A stretch of 64,000 nucleotides of DNA, from NCBI GenBank assembly GCA_051362555.1, contig CM120645.1, forward strand, positions 16,926,001-16,990,000, written 5' to 3'. This document shows positions 11,534 through 24,500 of this stretch, piece after piece. The notes beneath the pieces are model-generated. The model saw only the letters and a program-made list of their open reading frames with translations, searched no databases and had not been told where the DNA came from. The translations under genes and the position numbers were made by a program. The DNA comes from Lingula anatina. Its lineage: Eukaryota > Animalia > Brachiopoda. Position 1 is the stretch's first letter; each line of letters begins with the position of its first letter.

Positions 11534-14500
11534 TCAACTGATAGTTATTGAATCTGCACTGCAAGTCTTTGAATCTGAATTGTCAATGTCTTTGCTGTCA
11601 CCATCTGTCCTCTTTGCTAAGACGTTTGACATGTCTTCCTCTGGTTTGTCACTGCTGCTGTCATCTTCACCTGATGAGTCGTCCTGCTGGGACTGAATTT
11701 TCTGAAAAGTAAATGAAACTTATCAAAGCGCAGTGCATTTTTTGTTGCCATTCTGAAGAGCTTACTTGATGCTCTTTTGTTCTGCAAAGCTGCATCAAGT
11801 TGTAACCGTGTAATCGTCACAACTAACTGTACTCTGACACGCTTTCCCTGGTCGTATTTGCGGCTATTCCGGTGCATCTTTCTCAATACACCATTTTTAT
11901 TTCCCATAAGACTTTTTGGTTACCCCAGTCCTTAACAAATAACATCATTCTAATATTCCTACACTTTTTCATGGAGTGTGAAAATATTTGAAGTTTTATT
12001 GGAGAGGAAAATTAATGTGAATGGCGCCTTCCTAGCAGTTTACTAAAAGGCGCACGCACAAAGACGTATATTCAATCAATCGTCCGCATTGCCATTGGGC
12101 AATAGTCTATAACATCACCCCCACGGCTACAGACGCCGATCATCACATTACTGCTTCTCTTCTAGTGCAATCTCTACAACCCCAGGAAAGAGAGAAGTGG
12201 ATGATCTCTTCACTCACCATTTGTAAAAAATCTATGAGTTTGTGTGGGTCTGTTCCCGCGGCCAGGTCGACCATGTCTACGGGCATACCGTGCTGCTGGT
12301 ATGGGCTCGGTTTCACACCCATCTCTGTTTCGATGAAGCGAAAAACCGGCTCTGGGACCTGGGGAATACATAAAACCTAAATTAAAAATTGATGTGAAAA
12401 TAAAATATAGTAATTTAAGTGTCTTTTTGAATTCGGTAGAAGTAATAACCCACGTGATGTTCTCTACATGCTCATTTCCGTCCCTGTACAAGGGCGACAG
12501 ATTGATTTTTCACAAGATATTCACAGATATGTCTCTAGATAAATAGACAGTCATTTGGCTTTCTGTCATTTCCAAGATTTCCCTATAATATCTGCCACCC
12601 TGGTAGAGGGTACTCATTTCCACTTAGTACATTTTTTTCGCACAATAAGTAGATCGTTTTACACTCTAAATTGCCTCACAATTATCTATTTCAGTTTGGT
12701 TTGTTGTCTCAGTTCGCCCATTTAAAATTTGGCTCTTCCTCACGTCATTCAAAACGGACTGTCATATTTTGAGTGGGAAATCACCAAAAACGTTCATACT
12801 AATATTAGAAATACTGCACCAAAAGCGGTAGCTATCACTGTCGGCGCTGATCACCGGCACTCCGAACCCGCCATTCCCTTCCCCGAGACGAGGGCGGGTT
12901 ATAGTCAAAATAACAGCGCGCCACGGTTACCTCTTCGCTTGCAGAGTCGCCATCAGGCCAGCTGTCCAGCTCCTCCCATTCAAACAACAGTCCATCTGTT
13001 ACTGGACCAAAAGGGTTAAAATCCAACAACAAAATGTTATGCTCAGACTTCCTGTATACGTCAAACACATCTGAAATGATATGACATTGAAAATAAAAAC
13101 TTTTCAGAAAATTGTCTGTGCTTTTTTCTAACAAGGCAGAAACGTCTCACAAATAAAAATTTGAAAAGCTAACTAAATGCTTCCCATAGATAATTCATTC
13201 ACTAATCAAAGGTTAATTTTTCGAAAATTTGAACAAACATGCTTGTAAAATTTCCTTTCACTCTCGCGCGATTTATCGAATTCAAATGGTGAATGACTTA
13301 AAAATGCAAATAAAAGACCAAGTAAAATATGTAGGATAAAGATGGGCTGGTTGTAAAAATCGTGTTCAGCAGGTAAACGAAACACCTAAAAGATATACTG
13401 GCATGCGGTTGAAAAATTTTATTTTTATTTTATGTCTACATCGCCTGTAAAATTAGTTTTATTTTCCATTTCAGACCTTAAAAAATAACAAATCTCTCAA
13501 ACAGAAGTCCTTATGTTAATGCTAATGCAGAGACTGGTTGAGCAATGGTTCATAAATAGCAGAATACGTTATGGCACAGAAATCCTGGACAGCATAATAT
13601 TTTTGTACGTTTATTGCCGTTTTCTTCTGCCCTTTCTGTCTACTTAAAGGGATGGCAACCCTTCATTTTGGCGGAAAAGTGTCGGATTTTCCTCTGGTCA
13701 TAAACGACAATTTTCCCATGCTTTCCAATGGTTAATGAATCCGTTCTGATACTCAAAGTTATTACATTTTTTAAGTGTTTTTTTTTTAATAATCTCTCAG
13801 GAGATTATTAGGCTACTGAGGGTAACCACCTATGAAGCTCCCCGTGGTCCGTTAACGGCCGTTTTTTTGGTAAAACGGAATTTATTATATTTATATGTGT
13901 TGTTTACAATGTAATGTATTGTGGAATTTTGAATCTCATATCAAGACTTGTTGTCCCTGAAGTGTACGTTTTTAAGTCTGTCTATGCGATCAATTACCAC
14001 TGCGATGTCCCCACATGACTCATAATGCTTCTTTCAAAAAACTATGTACAGGCTTTACATCCTTGTGTTACTTATGTACAAACACAACCCTTTATGCAGT
14101 TAATTTTTCAACAAAATATATTGCTCGGTCAGTCGAATACCAAAATAAGGGTCGGTCAGACGACCCGAAAAACAAAAATTCCCATAGGGCTTTACTACCG
14201 CAGCGGTATTTTAGTCTCCATCACACCTACTCAAAGTCTCGTAGACGTGCTTCAATCTGATTTATTAAGAAATCATTATGTGGGGCTCTATTTAAACAAA
14301 GTAAATGGTTTTCAAAATTACACTACTGCCACTGTGCCACTCGATATTTACATGTCGACTGTATTTGATATAACATTACTTGAAAGCGGAATGAACATTA
14401 CTTGAAAACGGAACATTAATAACATTGAGCATATTCTAGCATCATTTCTGAGTGCCCGAATGCAAAGTGACGGGACCAGTTTTAGGTTTGTGAGGTTCGG

Positions 14501-17421
14501 ACTAAGCCGAAGTGTCACAGTCTGCTAGAATATTTGTTCATGCTAGAATATTTGTGAAGTCATATTCTGCTAGAATATTTTCTCCATTACGGGACTATCC
14601 TTTGATTTATCTCGCCACCGCATTTTATATACATAATTATTTAATTGAGGACATAAATCTTATCCAGATACTTTGTATATCTGTAAAGGCTAAATGGGAT
14701 GCCAGTGGTATAAGAATCCATGTATATATATATTCAGAAGAGCGACCAAGTAATTACAGGACTCTGTAGTTTTGGATGGCGCCCATCCGTTCACCAAAGA
14801 AGCATAAAACAAAGATATATATCCTCGCCATTTCCAAGACGATATTTGGAAGGATTGTACCTTTTTTTTATAAATGTAAGGTAGGTAAAAAGACAGAATG
14901 GCTTATACCTGAACACCATGACGTAAACTTCCCGCTTCACACACAAAGGCGAAAATTTAAGTCTTAACTGCCTTATAAACGAAATAGCCGTTCGTGATCT
15001 CGAACCTCGGGTTTGTTATAGCGAACCCCAATTTTACGACTCGAACCACGATTGCACCATGGAATCGCCGTTTGAGTCGTGAATTTGTCGTTCTCGATCA
15101 CAGGTTCGTGGCTCGAGATCACAAACGGCAATTGTTGTTTATGAGGCCTGAATTTTGTCTAAATAGAATAAATTTACTTTGACCCAAAATAAATAAGAAC
15201 AAGTCAAGTTGAGCGTAAAGTTGGCCTGTCTCGTGAAAAGTAAGAAATGGCTTGTTTAAGGCGGCCAGGTTGTGTGCTACTGTTGGGGTTTTATGAAAAA
15301 ATGTCAGGAAAAATAACTATTTAATGTTTCAGCCAACTAAAAACAACTTACAATTTTCGTCCGGAAACTGTTTATAAATCTTATTGTAAAAGAAAAGTTT
15401 GATGTCCTCCAAAATGGCTCCGTTGTCCTTTCCAAGAAATGGAAAGAAATCACAGGGGTGCCTCTGAGAAATACCTGAAATTGAAAGGTTTTATATCAAT
15501 ATCATTCAACTTATTTATTAATGCATTTATCAACACAGCAGAATTTATTTTCATAAAAAGCAATTTTATGGGCACTTAAAAAAAGAACAAAAATAAGGCT
15601 GAACGCGGTTAACGATTAAGAACGAGTCGTCTATGAATGCAATCTTTCTTGCCTCATCAACAAACAGCTGTCAAATATCTTCATTCAACGGCAGCGAATT
15701 AATGACAGAAATCATGGATATTTTAAAAGAATGGTTTATTTAGCAAAATCTTCAGTTTTTTATTAGGCAGTTAAAAGCGCTGAACTTATCAGTTTGACAT
15801 TTTATGATGGTTTTAGCCTACACCTTCTCAAAATTACACAACAACACCAACTGCCATCTTTGTGTATGAACTCTGACCGAAGAAGGTAGGCAAACTTGAT
15901 GCCCTTGGTACGCTTGAATAAAGAGGTAAATAGGACACCTTGAATGCTTGATTCCCTGTACTCTAGCGACGCGACCATGCAGAATGAAAATTCGTCTCAT
16001 TTAACGCTCACTTACGGTTCTCAATTTGTCCTAGAACAAATTGTTTTTCTCTTTTAATGAAAATGCTCGTAATCTGAAGGACCTCCCCAAAACAGTTCTC
16101 GAACTGTTACATTCATTACAGAACAACATTACAGCTGTAAAAAAAATACACCAAATGTTCTAGAATAGATAACCGTAAGTGAACGTTACATCAAACAAAT
16201 TGTTACGTTGCTGTTAAACTGAAAAATACGAAGCACTCAGGTTAAGTGAAAACTTAATCTTAAATTCTTAAAAAATGAGGGTTTTAGACACAAAAATTAT
16301 TATATTTGTTTTTTAATCATCAGTATTAAGTTATTGCCGATTATATTCGCAGACAAGGTTTAAAGTAGGGGCCTGTTGATAGTTTTGAATAACAGCGAGT
16401 CAACTGCATTGCTGCGCGCGCAACTCATGTAAAGTAAATGGATAGAATATACTTTGCAATGAAGATTTAAGTCTCACCACCATGTGACAAAATCTTCATT
16501 AACATCTGCTAAGCCCACGATGAAACATAATTACAATAATGAGAGAGAGGACTCGCACCAAGCCCGCAAAAATGCCACATCATATCTACATGTATATTCG
16601 CAACCATCGCCATACCTATCAATTTATTCTTCTTGATGAAACATCGGAATTCCAGGCCTGGTTTCAGGTCCAACCATTTCCGAAGAACCATTTCGTATTG
16701 GACTTTCGCCTCGTGATCTGGGTCGGAATCGTCACATCTTACGAATCTGTTGGATGAAAAGTGAGCAATTAGTTAAAAATGCTCAGGCGTAATGTGTAGC
16801 TACTGAAAAGAGCTTCAAAGTGGGCATAAATTGTGGAATATCTGTGTTAAGGTGTCTTCAAGGTTTTATCAGCTAAAGTGTCAAATTAGTCCTTTTTTCA
16901 TTGGTTTTCCAGGCATAGACAAACCCATTTCAGTAGCTACTAGCCAACATTGCTAAAAAGACTGGGTTGATAGCTGCACTGGAGACCGAAATGTCCCTGA
17001 AAACGGAAATGATATAATTTAGCAATAAATCGCATCCATTACGTTATCCTAGATATTTCTATGACTAAGACCGCATTCCCATCGGTCTACGATCGATCTT
17101 ACTCTTCGGGGACTCTTGCTGAGTGCAATTAGCTTAACTGAATGATACACCTCTTGTTTCCAATTTCCAACGTGCTCATATAATTACTGGTCAGCTTTTC
17201 TGTATTCTATTCAACGTTAATTGCATTCAGCAAGAGTCCCGCAGAGTTGGGCCGATATACTTGGACCGATGGTGTCTATGGGAATGGGGCCTAAACTATT
17301 GTAAGTTCAACGCACAGAAGTAGATAAGGGGGGGGGGGGGGGGGTGGGCAAGGGGAATCCTCTCCAGTCTCCAACATTATAACCATTTATTTATTTATTT
17401 ATTGTAAATGATTACCCCCCA

Positions 17422-17498
<77 letters not shown>

Positions 17499-20400
17499 AG
17501 GGAGAAATTATAAACAAATAAATAAGATTTAACAAACACGTATGGATGCAGTCTTGAGTGAAAGAGTAAGGTGAGATAATGAAAGACAAAGAGCAACCAA
17601 GGGCCGATAAGAGAGAGAGAGAGAAAGGAGAGGTGAGGAGAGGAGAAGAGAATAGAAAGAGAAGAGACTTACGGTTCATTCAAGTCATGCATAACGAACT
17701 CGGAGCTCTTCAGTAGGAGGTAGATATCGCTGGGATTTGTGCACTTTAAAGTGTGATCAAACGCTATCCATGTCGCGTCCTGTAATGATTAAGTAAATAA
17801 ATAAAATAAGAAATGTGAGAAGAAAAATACACTAATTTTTTGTTACATTTCCACTTTTTTAAATTCAAAACAAGTTCAAAATATCAGCAGAAAGAAAGGT
17901 AACATTTTTAAAAATAATAAATCATTGGCGTGTAAAGGGATAATTCTGCATTTGGTAGGCACCATAGCAAATTGAATCAACTAACAAATAAAAAGAAATA
18001 GGCCAGGTTCATCAAGTTCGTTCTCTTTTTTCTCACGTCTTCCTTTTAAACCTTTAACCTTTAACATTCACCACCAATCCGAGATAATTATGTAGCGAAA
18101 TATATTCAATTTACAATAAAACTGTTCATAAAAATCTTAATCATTAGATATGATGCTTTGTAAAATAGTTTTCATCAAACCATGCGTACTGTCTATGCAG
18201 CGCACCAAATAACTGTCACGCTCTGTAGAAATCCCAGTGTTTGTACAACTGTATGTTGCATTCAGATTCCTTTTTATACGAATAATCAGAGATATAAACC
18301 GAATGATAGATAGAGGCGTGGGATTGAGTGCGCGCTCTCGACTCAAAGGATGAATTAATTTTTCACTCCAAAGGTTATCTATCCAACGGTGGCAATTATT
18401 CAAGATTCTTGTCGAATTTCAAAGTGTTCCGATTGACCTGAGAGATGATACTGGGGAGCCATCAGTAGGGTCCATGACGTAAGTGAATTGAGCAGAAAAT
18501 ATCGTGAATAGAATGACTAGCTTTTCACCTGAAGATTGTATCCACATCAGTTTGAAATTAGATCTTTAAAAATTTCAAAATTGATCAACAGGCATTACTA
18601 ACCAGCATTCGTTCTTTCTCATTCTCACAGATCTCTGTTGTTTTGTTTATAAGGCAGCATTAGACAAAATTTCTGTGTTTGCTTAGCAGTCCAATATACA
18701 ATTATGTACAGCTGAGTTTTTGCGTATTCTTTCATTTTGTTCTCAACGCAAGTCTGTATTCTGTTTTCCCCCATTTTGTTTGCTCAGTGCGTTGAATACT
18801 GAAACTTAAATCTACCTGCCTGACACGTGGTCCACACGTATGACTTGTCTGTAAGTTTCCACGTTTCAAGTTTTTATGCATGTATCTACCAATGTTACAC
18901 ACTTGATTTCAATGTTTTATCTCTTCATAATGCAAATTTCTAAAATGAGAAACATTAGTCTGCTATTTAGCGTTCTTCCTTAGCCGCAATACAGAATGCA
19001 AATATTTTTTTTTTCTTTTTCCTTTAGCCTTTCCTTGTGCATTTTTAATTTTTTTTTTTTTTTTTTTTTTTTGAAAATATAATTATATAATTTTTTAGTT
19101 AGGTAGATAAGCATTCATTCCCCATTTTAGTTGCAAAAATGCTTGACAAAGAAAATTTTCTTACCAAAAGTAAATTCCATAATTTCTAATTCAGCACAGT
19201 AAATCTCCCACTTCAATTCACTTATGGCAATTTCGTTTTAGGGCTAAAATCCAACATATCCGCCAATAAACAGGGTATCATGTTAAAATAAGCAGAACAG
19301 GACAATTGGCCTCTCCCTGGCTGTTTAAGTCAACCAGCTCACGTGCTTGATGTCCTGATAGAGCAGCATTTCGTGAAAACAAGAAATAAGGATTTCCACG
19401 AAAAATGATATAAAGTGTCTATAATTTCTTTTAGCTCCTCTTATTTCTTACTCCCGAATGACGGTTGTCTTTGTTATTCATATATAGAATATATATAGAA
19501 GAAAAACAGTCGTTATACTATCGGGTACGCTTTCAAACTGTTCCTAAAACTTTACACAATTTTGAAGAAAACTATGCCTCACAACGACTGGGCGCATTTT
19601 TATACATGTACCAGAGAAACACGAGAGACTGGTCACGATGCCCAGTTAACAAGTCTATTTCTAACTGATATGGCAATAGAAAACATATATTTCATAAATA
19701 TAAACTCGACACACATATAGGGCCTATAAATCTTTTGATATTATGTGAATTTCTGATTGGCATCCGCTGGCACCACAACAATGTGACGCACTTGTTTTAA
19801 TTGTATACTTTCTGTACCTGTTAGATCAATTTTCCCCGCGACAGCTCGAGTTAACCAAGCTGCGATCACATTACACCCAGAACACTGTCAGATATTTTTT
19901 TTATGTAATGACGATGGATAAATTGCCCCACCAAACTCATGAGAAAAACAATGTAACACTGCGCGATCCGCCATGTTTTTATTTTGCTAAGATGGGCGGA
20001 GTCTGCCGATTGGTCAATTTGTCCTCATTTCGAAACAACAAATCACAGGACAATGGCACCGCTGACACAGTATGGACAAACTGGGGACTCGTCGACCCAG
20101 GGTTTGTTAAACAAAGCGATAGAAGTCGTAAATATATCACAGTCAATGCTGTTTAGTATTTTGGTCGCCTTACTTGCGTTTCACGATGCAACAGAAAGGT
20201 TGTTAATATCGTTTTCTCGGTTTTGAAACTGTGCTTCAAGAGCACATCGTAATTGCTTTGACACTTATTTACTCTGAGGGTCGGCAATAGCCTATTTAGG
20301 TTTATTGGCTTCATTTATTGTAGAATACCGGCCAGTAAAACATTAGTCTGGTGTAGTAAATAGCCGATTTCAGGAAGTACGATGTACATATTTTGCGGTC

Positions 20401-20951
20401 TATAATGAGCCAAAAACTTAGTTAACCCTTTTTGTGAACTTGCATGGTCTCTGCTTTCTAGGTGGCCACCAACAAAAGCATTAGATATGGTACAATTGTT
20501 CGTTTCGGCAACGAGCACCTGATGAGTTTAAACACATGCACAAGGTATGCCAAAGGATAAGTGAGAAAATGAAGCTCCTCCTTGAGAACATAACAAAGAC
20601 ATTTTCACGCACGAACAAATGATGCTATGGATACCTTATAAGCATATTAATGCCCGTCCTGTCAAAAAGCACTGTCGGTGTTTACGAAACACGAATAGTC
20701 TATATATTTGTCATTTAGTTGATGAAACTTGAGTGAAGAGAACATCCAAGAGGACTAAACCATGAAGAAACTGGCGCTGAGGAACTACACGAACGGGACC
20801 GTCATGACGGACACGCTTCACAAAGAATCTAAACAGGTAAACCACAAAGCCATACTTCACTTGTCATTAGTACAAAATGGTAAAGGTATGTTGATAAAAA
20901 AGTTTCGAAAATCTACAACATAAACGCTAGATGAATATTTGATTCACACGC

Positions 20952-21009
<58 letters not shown>

Positions 21010-21520
21010 GCACACCAACATACACAGACCCGGTTGCTGCAGTACATCGCAACAAGTAAGTTACCTGATATTGCTTTAATTAAAAAAAATAATAATAAAA
21101 CTTGATTTAAAAGTCAATATATTTTTGACTTTAAAAACCGATGCATTTCACGGGTCTGTTTATGGTGTAATGAATAAGCGAAATAAGTACATATATAATG
21201 AAAAAGAAATAAATCATGAATATTACAATAAATGTATATTTTTCTGATAACTGAAAAATTTTATTCGTAACACCAAATATTATCAATTTCTGTATTTAAA
21301 TGTTGATTGCGTTTTTTTTTTAATGATATAATAAAATTGTATTTTCTTAAACAGATAACGACTCTTCATATGACATTTGAAATTCCAAAATAAATACATT
21401 GTAAACAACACAAAGAAATATAATAAATTCCATTTCACCACTAAAACGGCGGTATTCGCAATTATTATGAAATCCTTGCTTGCCATCGGACCACGTGAAC
21501 CTTGCAGGGCTTCCATCTTA

Positions 21521-21562
<42 letters not shown>

Positions 21563-24500
21563 GACCATCTTCGAATGTCGGAGCGAATTCATTAACTATT
21601 GGTAAATATGGGTACATCGTCGCTTCCCCCCACAAAACGATTAATGAGTTAATGAGTTGTAAGCCGATTACGTGTGCGGTGATAGGTCATAAGTCTTACA
21701 TCAGCTAAGCAGTGAAGAAGTCGAGTACGCTATGGGGAAGAGAAAAGTTCGCGTTAAAAGTCCATTTCCAGAGGAAAGAAAGAAAATTTTTAGAGTATGT
21801 GGGCGGTTGGAGGAAAATCGGTATTTGTTCAGTCGGATGACGAGGGAGAGAATCTACCTGGAGTGAGGGCTCGTAAGATTTTGAAGGACTTTGAACAGCC
21901 CTCGGAGTCTTCTGACAGTGATCGTGAGGAAGAAACAGTAGCTACTGGGTACAGGCTTTGGCACAGTGGACAGTTGTTAGAAAGTGCCTACAAGTCGTGT
22001 GTTTGTCGTGTATGGCGGCGACGTTGTGTTGGTCGAAAGACAGCTACAGCCATTGGCGCATGTACAGCTCAAATAAAAGCATCATGAAATGTTTAATATT
22101 ATTCGTCTTTCTTTTTTCTTTATGTATACCTGATAAATGGGTGAAAGAGTAAATCGAATCGTCTAAATTAATTGAGAAATGTATTTGTACGAAAAATTTA
22201 TTACTTAAAGAAAAAAAGCTAAAATCGATACTTTTAGCCTAGCTCTTAATCTTGGCGATATATATCGGCGAGCGTATCTGAGACACGTTACGAACCTGGA
22301 AATGATTGTTGGACGCCTTTTGTAGAAGGTAAAAACTAATGTTGACATAATATAATTTTATTCTCCAATAAATGAAATCAAGGAGCTTTAGAGACACGCA
22401 AAATATTGATGTGAATGGCCAAACGAGAGAAATCCAAGCAAGGGTTGACAGCATGATTAAAAAAAATAACAATGAAAATAAAAACGCATGTTAACTTGCA
22501 TTTTGCGATGTTTGGAGAAATCACAGATCAAGCGGGAAGAAAGAGTTCAAAATGTACCCAAAATAAAAATCACAAAAAGACTTCTTGAAAAAATTAATAC
22601 CCCCCCCCCCCCCCCACCCCCGAGTTCACAATTACCAGGATAATCAGTTAAGAACTACTACTGTCACCCAGTTTTATCTGATCACTTTGCCGATAACAGA
22701 AAAGGAATCTCTCAGGTAAAATTACTCGATTGCCGAGGGAGACCCATTGAAACGTTCAAATGCAACTTCACACCTCTTAATTGTGGTTAAACGTAATCGC
22801 CTTTGTTAGCGCTTCCTTCTACATATCCTTGACACCCTACTGGACATCACTAGGCTAGGGCCCTCTCCAGAGCTGTCAATCAAAATGGCGGCACGCTTAT
22901 AAGCCTAACGAGTGGTCGGAAAATGTAACAAAAGCACGATTTTCTGCCCTTTCAAAGCACCCAAACAAAATATTTTTAGATGACAATGAGCAATGGTTCC
23001 ATCTGATTGTATAACCGATAACAGGTAAATTTGCCAGCTAAGCATTTGACTAATAAGCTCTGTTAACCAACCTGTGAACGTTTTTGGCTGTTTTAACAGC
23101 TTTCTATATTAGCGAGATAAGTGAATCGCTGCCAGGTATATCTCACTATCTGAGCAACCGATCGTTACGAAAGTTGCACCTATTGTTGTTGGGAATGTGG
23201 ACTACAGCACGATGTCAGGGGTTAAAGAAGAAATTGTTTTATTGAAAGTTATCGTCTTTTGAAGTGAATAACCCATTGAAATATGGGGTAATTTAACGTA
23301 AAAGATGATAAAATCAAAAGTAAATAGTTTAAGACAATTCCCTGGTACCGCACTGAAGTGTTTTCACCCAGCTTTATGAGGCCTTTTGAATCACTTGAAT
23401 AGCTGTCTTGGTTATAGAGAAAATCCCAATTCCGAAAACGGCATTTTTCCCCTAAAATTGGCGCTATAGCGTCATCCGTTGGACACTGTACTTAATCTCC
23501 GTCTTTAATTGGCCTTTGGGAAGTTTGTTTTAATTTTTTATAAAAACTTATAAGCCCAGGGCTTTGTTTCTATGCTTTTGGTCCTTTTACTATTAGCCAC
23601 CTTAAGCCAATGACACTTTTGACTCCCAAGAAGTCGGAAATCCGCCGATAATCGGGAAAATCTCATCCCTGTTTAATAGCCTGGGTATGACGTAGGAGTC
23701 ATCCAAACGGAGTCTCCGTGCTCGACACGGCCAGTTAAAGATACCTTAACCGGGACATTCGCAGTCTCATCTTTCCTCGAAAATTTCAATTTCCTCCCAG
23801 CACTTGAATGAAATTATTTTCCGGGATATGCACAATCTCATCTTTCCTCGAAAAATATCAATTTCTTCCCAGCACTTAAAATGAAATCATTTTCTAATTA
23901 AATAATTAGATCTAAATTGCTGTCCTGTCTCTTAAAACACCATGTCTTCCTGTGCATTTTAGTGCATTTATGCTTTTATTTTAGGGTTTTTTTATCGTAT
24001 TTTAGATTTGAATTTGAAAGATAACTCTATTTCTTTTGTATTATTATTTTTTTTTATAATATAATTGGAAAAATATAAATCGTTGGAATTCAAAAAACGT
24101 TGTTGTCTTTTGAAATAGGCCTATGTTCAATAAATAAACACACAATCAAAATTGTACACACACGTGCAGTGCAAGAAAGTAGCGTAGCACAAGTTGTTAC
24201 TTCACTCAAGGACAGAAAGGGAAATTCTTTTCCAAAAACCGATGTGGGGGAGTCGCGCTTCAAGGCGATGCGAGTTACATTATATGTCATAATTTTGCTA
24301 GCCTTATTGGAGAGACGGTGCGGGGACATAAAGAGATGACCCGAACCTAGACCTCATGATTTCAGGCTCTGCTTGCAGTCTAATTTGTGTTAACTTCTTA
24401 AAATCCAGGCTAAATTCCACAGAAGTATTGACTGAGCATATGCTGTTTTCGAAACCGACAACCGAAAGCATCAATAGACACACCGAGCAAAATTAAAATT

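Noticed and set aside
17399-17679. ORFs with RERE/CVCV runs (also YIYI, poly-K and poly-N ORFs elsewhere)
   Set aside because: They are translations of microsatellites and homopolymers.
21797-22087. 96-aa ORF with an acidic stretch and CVCRVW, possibly a piggyBac-like remnant
   Set aside because: No TIR pair or catalytic motif found. Too short to call.
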